From NCBI RefSeq assembly GCF_035084215.1, contig NC_090346.1, positions 9,672,001-9,736,000 on the forward strand: a stretch of 64,000 nucleotides of DNA, read 5' to 3'. Made by a program: the position numbers and the translations under genes. The notes under the pieces are model-generated. The model saw only the letters and a program-made list of their open reading frames with translations. It had not been told where the DNA came from and did no database searches. Positions within the stretch are counted from its first letter, which is position 1. Each line of letters begins with the position of its first letter. This document shows positions 54,245 through 64,000 of the stretch, one piece after another. Source of the stretch: Heptranchias perlo (Eukaryota).

Positions 54245-54580
54245 AGCTTACCATTCCCGCGCACGCGCACTCCGGCTGCGCGCTGCACGCCAACTGAACG
54301 TGCTGCCGCGGAATGTCGCCGGCGGCCTGTGACGGACAGCGCCGCCATCCAATAGAAACCCGAGAAGCGGCGAACGGACCAATCAGACCCGACAAAGGGG
54401 GGGGGGGCGGGACGGCGGTGGTAGTCATGTTTGGTTGATTTGAAACCCACGTGTGTTGGGAGTTTGCTACAAGGAACAATTTGGAGCTGTCAGCCCCGGC
54501 GCTCCAACTCGTGCCGCAAATTAAAACAAGCCCTCTCTGTTAAAAAAACATTTTGCAGTTTTATTATATTTATTCCGCAC
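54245..54580. promoter_or_regulatory. CpG-rich, possibly bidirectional promoter with cell-cycle-type layout
   Basis: CCAAT at 54349 and 54379, GC/E2F-like ggggcggga ~54404-54412, CHR-like TTTGAA 54439-54444, E-box cacgtg 54448-54453. Confidence 0.7.
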
Positions 54581-54581
54581 C

Positions 54582-54689
54582 ATGGCTAAAGGGAAGGAAA
54601 GCAGACCTGAGACCCACAAGATGAAACAGTCAACCGATGGGAAGCTGGAGGCACCCGAGCCGAAAAGAAAGAAAAGGACCAGGGCACAG
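54582..54689 (+). CDS. Probable first coding exon of an unidentified gene (MAKGKESRPETHKMKQSTDGKLEAPEPKRKKRTRAQ)
   Basis: Strong Kozak caccATGg, strong donor CAG|gtgagt, phase 0, NLS-like PKRKKR; no downstream exon recognised in the window. Confidence 0.6.
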
Positions 54690-55849
54690 GTGAGTGGTAA
54701 GAGGGGCCAGCAAGGAGTGCTCCAGAACCATTGCTATGCAAACTTGTGGGGTCTCTTCTCATTTCCAATGATAATAAATGTGTTTTTTTTATGACCCCCT
54801 CCCCCCCCCCCTTGTTCAATATTAAAAACTGGTGGATTTATATTGCACATTTTTAGGGGATCTTGAATGGGTGTGAAATGGCCTTAAGGAGGAATGCTCG
54901 GTAGTCCTCTCTCTTATACGACCCCCTTTTGTGTTCATGCACGCCTAAAATTATTTTCCATTGACACAGAAGTGACTGTATATATGCAGTCTTAATTACA
55001 TTGAGTTTGACTTCCTCCAAGAACAAGCACAATCACAAACTTGCTTTCATTTGGCTTTAGCAATAAAATGATTGGCAAGTGTTAAATATAACGCTGTGAA
55101 TGTATTGTTCCACAAAATCACTACCACTGTCAAATTTATATAATTGTCACTGTTTTATATAAGTATGTTGGGTTAAGGTGACATTCCATTTCTTGTGGAG
55201 GGAGTATATGATTCAATGTATGGTCTTAAAGCTTTTCTTCACATCCATTATCAATGGTCACTGAAGAAAACTGATAACACTTTGGGACTTTTATTGTTTT
55301 GGAAGCGATGGTGTAAAATTAAGTGATGTACTTAATTTGATTTGCTCCTACTTCTGCAGACTCTTTGTAATAATGTACTTCTTTAATAAACCTGCTTTGT
55401 ACTTTTTTAGCCTGCAGTATTTGGTTTGTCAGCATGGCATTTTCCACCTATTCAGGGATTAGGAGCATATGATTCACAGTCTGTACCATTTCTGGTGCCT
55501 ATCTCAACAGAAAAGGGATTGATCATTGATCTGGTGGCACACTGTCCTAGTTACTTTGTGGATAAGGTCAAGCCTTGGTTCATCGGAAGCACAGGTTTCA
55601 TATGGAAGCTGACTTTTGCTTGAAACTTGAGTAACATGTTATTAAAGAGCCTGAAATGCAATATTAACATCTGTGGGATATGGTTCATGTCTGTGTTGTT
55701 GCCTGAAGAATGGTGGTAACATACTCGTGTGTTGTGTTACTGCTGTCCACTCAGCGAGGGATCATGTCTGCCGTTATCAGTTATCCGATGACCAGCTAAT
55801 GACTATTCTTCTAGAGTCTCATTGGTGTTGAGGTGACTCCAAAAAAAGG

Positions 55850-56240
55850 GAATTTACATTTGTATTGTGCTTTATTGTGTCCTCGAAATATCCTAAAGCT
55901 TTTCACAGTCAAATAATTACTTTTTAAAGTGCAATCATGCATTGTTATCACTGACTGATATGGCAGCCAATTTGTGCAAAGCAAGTTCCCACAAACAGCA
56001 AATTAGAGGAATGACTATTAATCTGTTTTTAGTGATGTTTGAGGGGGGAATATTTTCAGATAGTGCCATGGATCTCTCACGTGCTTGAACCACTGGAACA
56101 GACTGGTTCAACGTCTTGTCTGAAAGACAGCACCTTCAACAATGCAGCACTCCCTTAACACTACACTGAAGAACAGCATAAATTATGTACATACGACCTG
56201 GAATGAGGTTTGAATTCACAACATTCTGACTCCGAGATGA
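55850..56240 (-). mobile_element. Diverged Deu-domain SINE
   Basis: ggcagccaatttgtgcaaagcaagttcccacaaacagcaa core. Confidence 0.65.
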
Positions 56241-57857
56241 AATGACGATGAAGTATTGGAATCAATTTGATTCTGTGTGGCAGATTCAGTAATCCAAAGC
56301 ATGAGACAGGTAAGTATGCTGTACTCCAGAGCATTGGTCATGATTGACCATCATTGATGAGAGGTGTATCTTTCAGCTTGGGCTGAGATTCTTCACACTT
56401 GGCTCCAAATAACAATTTAATGGGTAGGCTTGACAAGCAGTGAAAGCTCATCAGAACTCTAAGCTGGTAAACTACATGGTTATAGTGGGTTGAATTCCAT
56501 CAGTGCACCTATACATACATAGGGACCCCTAAGCCTTGACTTTTGTCAACTTGCACCTAAGTTCTCTGTGCTTGCATAAGTGGACTGACCCCCATAGAGA
56601 GAAAGTGTTTACTTTATATCGGGCAAATGGCAACTCGATTTACGTGGACATTGATTTCAAGATTCTTAGGCATGTTGATGTGTTTCAATGCATGAGGTTG
56701 ATGCAAAAACTGAATACCCTCTGTTGCAATTCGTGCTACTTCCCAATACTCTTTATTCGTGCTCACTGCAAAAGTCAACTTCTATACCAAGCCTACACTT
56801 CCTATGAATTGGAAGTTTGACCTTGTGCGTAAAATATCTGGGATAGTGAGCCACTGAGTGAACAATCTACTGTTACGCTAACAGGATATGCCCCCATGTA
56901 ATGCAGATCTCTCTGATAGGCTGACAGATTGTGTAGCTCAGGCTAAAACTCCCAATTTGACTACCATGGGAGAGAAATATACACAGAGGCATGTTGTACC
57001 AGCAAATGAAAATAACAGATACAGTACTTCTACCAATTTTTATCTGAGGACAACATAAGCATTTCATAATACTTGAGTCCTTATTTCAGATGAAATAGAT
57101 ATGGCTGTAGCTGCAGTAACTTGGATGCATGGTTTCCAAGTGATCTGGAAGCACTAGGGCTGCCATACAGATATACCTTGCTGAACAGTTTGCTCACATC
57201 GCAGAACAAAAAAGTCTGTTCCTGATTTTAGTAAGTTTCCTTGAGGTAAACGAGTTTTTAATCAGTCAGCGTCCAGGTAGTAGGAGCTTAAACTACTGGC
57301 CTTTGGGTCTTCTAAAAAGCTTAGCCTAATGTGACCATCGTGCAACTATTGTCACCGTGACAATCTTGCATATATTAACATTTCACATGCCAGAAATTTT
57401 CATCTGAAACCTATGAAATAACGTAACTATTGCCCTCAAAGGATCTAAAATTTGATGAGCTACAGTTCAAAAATCTTTGGGCCTTCTAAGTCTTTTACAG
57501 CTAGGAAAATTTCTGTTGCAATTTAACAAGTGATGCCCCCAGATCAAGTCATGTTTTTGCTTTACCAAGGGACAGATAAACTCCTAGCAGACATAGCAGT
57601 TAACAGAAACCAGTTTGAGTTTAGCACAGCTTAAGTTTCATATATTAAGATATAATGCTCAAATGTTTATGATTGAAGGAGAAAGGATCTCCATTCCATC
57701 ATAACATACACCAGAATCTGATCAAGTGTATTGGATTCAGGAAACTATAGTAAATGCAGTTCATTAATGATGATGTGGAGATGCCGGTGATGGACTGGGG
57801 TTGACAATTGTAAACAATTTTACAACACCAAGTTATAGTCCAGCAATTTTATTTTAA

Positions 57858-57898
57858 ATTCACAAGCTTTCGGAGATTTTCTCCTTCCTCAGGCAAAT
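57858..57898 (-). ncRNA. Minimal hammerhead ribozyme motif (left arm)
   Basis: Mirror of 59411-59451. Confidence 0.7.
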
Positions 57899-58148
57899 GT
57901 TTCAAGATCTCCTTGAAGCCTACGCATTTATACATATTGAACAATAATACATGGTGTTTACAGACTGCCCCTGCAACTGCCCGTTGCCAAGGCAATCACC
58001 GTGTTCAGACAGAGAGGTGTTACCTGCAGAACCTCCGAATACACATTCAACAAAAAAACAAACAGGGAAAAAAAACAGAGAAAAAAAAAACACAGAGAGA
58101 GGCAGAAACATCCGGAAGGCAGAGAGAGCCAGCAAATGACCCATTATA

Positions 58149-58652
58149 TTAAAAACAGATAACATTTGTTCGCTGGTGGGGTAACGTGTAGCGTGACATG
58201 AACCCAAGATCCCGGTTGAGGCCGTCCTCATGGGTGCGGAACTTGGCTATCAATTTCTGCTCGACGATTTTGCGTTGTCGTGTGTCTCGAAGGCCGCCTT
58301 GGAGTACGCTTACCCGAAGGTCGGTGGATGAATGTCCATGACTGCTGAAGTGTTCCCCGACTGGGAGGGAACCCTCCTGTTTGGCGATTGTTGCGCGGTG
58401 TCCGTTCATCCGTTGTCGCAGCGTCTGCATGGTCTCGCCAATGTACCATGCTCTGGGGCATCCTTTCCTGCAACGTATGAGGTAGACAACGTTGGCTGAG
58501 TCACAGGAGTATGAACCATGCACCTGGTGGGTGGTGTCATCTCGTGTGATGGTGGTATCTGTGTCGATGATCTGGCATGTCTTGCAGAGGTTACCGTGGC
58601 AGGGTTGTGTGGCGTCGTGGACGCTGTTCTCTTGAAAGCTAGGTAGTTTTCT
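58149..58652 (-). pseudogene. 5'-truncated Penelope-like ORF: Cys-rich linker plus GIY-YIG endonuclease (left arm)
   Basis: PCHGNLCKTC...CDSANVVYLIRCRKGCPRAWYIGET...LRQRMNGHR...VGEHF...GLNRDLG; no RT domain. Confidence 0.9.
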
Positions 58653-58656
58653 AGGT

Positions 58657-59160
58657 AGAAAACTACCTAGCTTTCAAGAGAACAGCGTCCACGACGCCAC
58701 ACAACCCTGCCACGGTAACCTCTGCAAGACATGCCAGATCATCGACACAGATACCACCATCACACGAGATGACACCACCCACCAGGTGCATGGTTCATAC
58801 TCCTGTGACTCAGCCAACGTTGTCTACCTCATACGTTGCAGGAAAGGATGCCCCAGAGCATGGTACATTGGCGAGACCATGCAGACGCTGCGACAACGGA
58901 TGAACGGACACCGCGCAACAATCGCCAAACAGGAGGGTTCCCTCCCAGTCGGGGAACACTTCAGCAGTCATGGACATTCATCCACCGACCTTCGGGTAAG
59001 CGTACTCCAAGGCGGCCTTCGAGACACACGACAACGCAAAATCGTCGAGCAGAAATTGATAGCCAAGTTCCGCACCCATGAGGACGGCCTCAACCGGGAT
59101 CTTGGGTTCATGTCACGCTACACGTTACCCCACCAGCGAACAAATGTTATCTGTTTTTAA
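58657..59160 (+). pseudogene. 5'-truncated Penelope-like ORF: Cys-rich linker plus GIY-YIG endonuclease (right arm)
   Basis: Mirror of 58149-58652, open from the palindrome centre to TAA 59158-59160. Confidence 0.9.
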
Positions 59161-59410
59161 TATAATGGGTCATTTGCTGGCTCTCTCTGCCTTCCGGATG
59201 TTTCTGCCTCTCTCTGTGTTTTTTTTTTCTCTGTTTTTTTTCCCTGTTTGTTTTTTTGTTGAATGTGTATTCGGAGGTTCTGCAGGTAACACCTCTCTGT
59301 CTGAACACGGTGATTGCCTTGGCAACGGGCAGTTGCAGGGGCAGTCTGTAAACACCATGTATTATTGTTCAATATGTATAAATGCGTAGGCTTCAAGGAG
59401 ATCTTGAAAC

Positions 59411-59451
59411 ATTTGCCTGAGGAAGGAGAAAATCTCCGAAAGCTTGTGAAT
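59411..59451 (+). ncRNA. Minimal hammerhead ribozyme motif (right arm)
   Basis: ATTTGC-CTGAGGA-A-GGAGA-aaa-TCTCC-GAAA-GC-TT-GTGAAT; followed by AATAAA 59456-59461. Confidence 0.7.
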
Positions 59452-61199
59452 TTAAAATAAAATTGCTGGACTATAACTTGGTGTTGTAAAATTGTTTACA
59501 ATTCATTAATGATGCCTTTGCTCATGGTAAGTTCTAATGGTCTGTACACTTACCGCCCAGAGAAAATGAACTTTGGATAGAAGTGGCTGGGTGTGGTGGT
59601 CTCAACCAACGACCATTATTGAAACAGAGTCTGTTCGTTTTTTGAGGGGAAATTAGTTGCTTGAAAAGGAGAAATATTAAAGGGTATGGGGAGCGAGCAG
59701 GAGATTGGGTTTAGACTAGGTGGCTTGTGTGGAGAAAAAAGTACGTGCAGACTTGATGGGCTCAGTGGCCCATGGTTGTGCAGTGACATTCTATTAATGG
59801 ATAACAATCGTCATACTCACAGTGAGTGGCAAACTAACTAACACCGCCATCGGTCAAATCTCCGGAGTATCTGGAAAAGTACATTCCAATACCCTGTTTA
59901 CTGTGTTTTGCAATTTGTTCTGCAGCTTTTGCTGGAAGGGGAGGTCCACACTGGGCAACAAATGTGTAAACTGTATATGGATTGGCTGCTGGGGCGAATA
60001 AAGAGGCCACGCCAATGGCACATTAACCATGCTCACTGCCAGTGCTTTACTTCTGGAGCAGAATCACCCCCCAGAGGCGCATAGCTTGTCCCATCTCACA
60101 GCACACCCTCTGAAAGTGATTCTTTAATATTACGGGGAATCCAACACACAGGATTTTCAAACATAAACCTAATTTTTACACGTTTACATTCTCATCATCC
60201 TTTAATTCTGATATAATTCCCTGGTGAATACAATAAAGCAGTACTTTTAGTTACTAAAGCACTTTAAACACTAACCAGCAGCAAATTCACCCTTAGAAAA
60301 GCAGAATACTAATGAAAGTATCATGAGATTTCAAATGATTATTTATATTTGGTCATGTAACTTGTGTACAATTCTATTAGTTCTGAGTAGTAATATCCTG
60401 TGGTGTCTAACAATTAAATTGTATATTATCACAGTTCACGTTTTTTGACTTGTGAAATAGTTACATTGGAGACTGAACATCGTGCCTTATTTGGGGGAAC
60501 TCATAATCAAAGGCTGTGATTGGCTAAATTAGTCTTCTAAAAGTGCTGGTATACTCCCCTTGGACCATCATATTAGAATTTGTTATCATTAGCCCTTTAC
60601 ATTAAGGTTATTTATTTGCTGCTGCAGAGCCTATTGATCACTTTTAGCTGTACTGGAACTTAATGAGTCATTAATCACTTTTAATTTATATTGTGTGTGT
60701 CTCTCTCTGGCACCCAAATATAATTTCAAAAAACTTGTGGGAATATTGAACTGGACAGTTGTTTGACCATTGCTGGTGATTTTTGACATGAGACAAAACT
60801 GCTTGTAGAATGGTCAGTGGTGTGATAAGTCACTTGATATTTTCGCAGCTTCAAGTTAATTGCTTGCCATTATTGTCCCTAGAACACAAACTCGGGTACA
60901 TAAGCTGCACTGTTGTAAATTGAGTGCGAAAGTGTGCGCAAAGGATGACTACTGGGTTTTAAATTATTGGCCATTGGTCTCTCTTGAGGTCAAGTTGGGT
61001 AGAGTGCACGACAGTTTATATTGTACATGGCCTATTGGAAGGCGTTAGCATGGTGGCTGCCTCAATGTCCTTTTCTCATTCCGAGCTTTGTTATGTAAGA
61101 TTAGTTGTTGCAGTTCTTTGGGTTGTCAGTAGATGGTGCCGAGAGAACAACTTTCAATAACATTGACTTGCTCTGATTCAGCAACCAATTCAGTCAATG

Positions 61200-61432
61200 T
61201 AGATTAGGGAATTCAGGAGAAACTTCTTTATCCAGAGTGATCAGAATGTGGAACGCGCTACTACAAGGCGTAGTTGAGGCAAATTGCATAGATTCATTTA
61301 AGGGGAAGCTGGATAGACACACAAGGCAGAAAGGAATAGAAGGGTATGTTGATAGAGTGGGAGGAGGCTCGTGTGAAGCATAAGCGCCGGCATGGACCAG
61401 TTGGGCCGAATGGCCTGTTTCTGTGCTGTATG
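61200..61432 (+). mobile_element. CR1 3' end fragment
   Basis: ggagaaacttcttta...gggccgaatggcctgtttctgtgctgta. Confidence 0.7.
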
Positions 61433-61649
61433 TAGACTTGATGTAGTGTGCATAACTACTTACACAGGTTGTATCCTTTTATTAGCAAGTTAGTACGTGG
61501 ATTAGTGATAAAGTTTACAGGTTTTTTTGGGGAAGAAACAAGTATTTTTCTCTTCCTATTGTACACTCCTCTTGGACTGACAGATGACCTGCTTCTAGCC
61601 CCTGTGACAGTGCTGCTCTCTAAACGGCTAGAAATAGTTGACTAAGAGA

Positions 61650-62245
61650 ATTTTCTCTCATGTGGTTGCCCTCCCTATGATGAAACTCAACTCAATGCTC
61701 CGTCCTTGGTTCCATTCTCTTTCCTCATCTATATACTCCTTGGCAAGATTATCCATGCAGTCAGCTACCACCTGTGTGATGATGACACCCCAGTGAATCC
61801 CTACGTCACCACTGTCAAGTCCACAACTGTTTACTGTGGTGTCTGCTTGTCCAACATCGAGCCGTGATTAAACCAGCACTTTCTCCAACTTGACATTCGC
61901 GAGACCTGAGCCATCCTGCAAAGTTACATGCACTCGGAGGCCACCGTCTCGGCAGGGGGGGGTTTCAACAAGCAGCATTTATAGAACGTCTTTAACACAT
62001 AGTAAATGCCCCAAGGACCTTCATTAAAAAACTATGGGAGAAAACTGGACATCCTCCATTCTCAGCTCCAGTGTTTCACGTGTCCTCTTTCCTCTCCTGC
62101 CTTTGCTCCATCATCGTTGGCAAAGTCTTCAGCCACCATGGCCCAGCACTTTGGAGTTCTCCCTAAACCCCTCTGCCTCGTTACATCTTTTCGCACATTC
62201 AAATGCCTCCTCATAATCTACCTCTTTGATCCTGCCTTCTGTCAG
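61650..62245 (+). mobile_element. Decayed L2-like fragment
   Basis: ctccgtccttggt...ttcctcatctata and gatgatgacacccca resemble GSVLGP..F.IY and ADDTQ remnants. Confidence 0.45.
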
Positions 62246-64000
62246 CTCCTCGAACTTGACTTCTTACTCCTCGGCGTCTGTTTCCCCCACTCTCGAGTCT
62301 CTGATGACTGACATCCGATCCATGGCTATTCACCCGAGTCCACGCCTGGCTCACTGAGTCCAACTGCAGTGTCCTGTATTAGCAGGAAAACACCTCATAA
62401 ATGTACTGCTCTTGCCCTGGCACAACCATTAAAGCCTCTCAGTGGTGCAAAAAAAAAGCTTAATCCCAAACATCACACAATTTTAATTATAAACTGTATA
62501 AAATGCTGAAAAAATGTGATATCTTCATATTTTTATGTTTGCTTGTGCCTATTGGACAATTGTAAATTTTCTGCACAGAAGCCACAGTACACTCTTGAGT
62601 ATTGTAGCTTTGACCCTGTTCCTGTGGAACTACAAGTGCTGCAATGTATGTCTCTTTCTCTCTCTCTTTCCTCACCCCCCCACCCACCCCCCCAATTGCT
62701 TTGTGCTGTTAATTGCAATGGTTTGTTGTCGGGTGTAATTGTTTCACAAAGGTACAGGGTGAAAACTACAACTTGTATGATGCAATACACACACTCTCAC
62801 TCTTGCAGACAGTGAAGAGATTGGACGATTTGATTGCTTGGTTTTACAGTATTTGACTTGTGAATGGTGGCTCTGCAGGGGGAATAAAACAATAATTTTG
62901 ATTGCTCGGTTTTCCGCTGGTTAAGTGGTGCTCATTGGTAATGTTTGGTGCTTTTATATTCGTAATTGGATTTTTAGCAACTTAACAGATAAATGGATAT
63001 TAATTTAAGCAATCATGGCTTTTTGCCTTATGGATGGGTATGCTATGAGGTCTCACAAAAGTGTACATGCAAGGTTTTAAATGAAATTAATTATATCAGT
63101 ATAACTAATTGGACAAACCTATTCACAGTGAAAACAAATACAAATTTCAGTTATCACCAGAACTCTGCAGAGTACCTCCTTGAATGTTTATCTTGGCTAT
63201 CTCTTAACTCTGTATGTTATATGTTGCTAGGATCAATGTGAAGGTGAGGAAATAGTGGTTGTATGCAGCATTGGATGACTCTTCAATCTGCAAAAGCAAA
63301 TGTTTCATTATTGGATGTTGAATTCAGTTTGGAAATTTTCTTGGGAAATGTCCACATCCCTTCTATTTTATAACGAGATCGGATCCTACTGAAAATAGAA
63401 ATACAAATGTACAGTACCTCCAAATGTCGTCAATTAGCCGGAATGGGCATTTCAGAGTCTATGTCTTCAAATGGTTTTTATGAAACTATCTGTAGTGCGA
63501 TATCGGATAAAGTTGCAGTAGTGGAAAAACACACATTATCTAAAACAACTGATCTGTTCTGAGTCTCCAGCTGTCACGCTCGTCATGAATGATGCGGGGC
63601 AGTACTTGTAGCATGATATATAATTAGCTCTATAACATAAGGTGAAGTAGTAATGGCTATAGGTCTGTCACTTGTGGTGATAGTAGGCTGTCAAGTCTGC
63701 TCTGCCGTTTTGTTGGCCTTCACTCTTTTAATCTCAATTTGTTGCCAAAAAAGCATTCTAGTCTTCATTTTCCCTTCTCAATTTCATCATTTCTCTCCTA
63801 ATAATAGGTTCAGACTCTTTCTGAAGAACAGTTGCACGGGTGCCACAGCTCTGATTTTTCTTGCCTAAGTGGCCATTGTTCATATCTGAACCCAGAGTAC
63901 TAGCGTCCCATCTGCAGCCCTGGCTAAAATCAGTTAACCTTTCACAGACTGAGAATTAAACTTGGGACTTTCCTATGGCTTCCTGCAATTACCTACCAAC

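Larger units (their letters stand above)
57772..59503. mobile_element. Penelope-like (Neptune-type) retroelement insertion as a palindrome: 34-nt tail plus 848-bp inverted arms
   Basis: Arms 57806-58653 and 58656-59503; mirrored ORFs translate identically; duplication ttcattaatgatg at 57760-57772 and 59502-59514. Confidence 0.93.

Noticed and set aside
57913-59396. Small mirrored ORFs (62-103 aa) as separate genes
   Set aside because: Alternative frames of the GIY-YIG region and low-complexity 3' UTR, duplicated by the palindrome
57772-59503. DNA transposon with long TIRs, or pure assembly artefact
   Set aside because: Arms encode a Penelope-type GIY-YIG, not a transposase. The asymmetric tail, flanking duplication and an independent miniature at 41315 argue for a real insertion, though read-level confirmation is still needed
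62840-63290. Candidate downstream exons of the + gene (acceptors near 62850 and 63229)
   Set aside because: Frames hit stops quickly or lack a convincing donor; no homology recognised

Overview
Vertebrate genomic DNA; the repeat landscape (CR1/L2 LINEs, Deu-domain SINEs, Penelope-like elements) suggests a cartilaginous fish (inference). Host genes: last coding exon of DHRS7B (+), complete two-exon TMEM11 (-, 187 aa), complete two-exon SMCR8 (-, 943 aa) and the probable first coding exon of an unidentified + strand gene behind a CpG-rich CCAAT/CHR promoter. The rest is mostly retroelements. The most striking structure is a recently active Penelope-like (GIY-YIG, Neptune-type) family present five times. 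The largest copy is a 1.7-kb palindrome (848-bp arms, 2-nt spacer) with a one-sided 34-nt tail and a target-site duplication. Four miniature insertions of the same terminus occur elsewhere. The terminus carries a minimal hammerhead-ribozyme motif with a compensatory stem change between copies. All alignments were done by eye; no searches were run.
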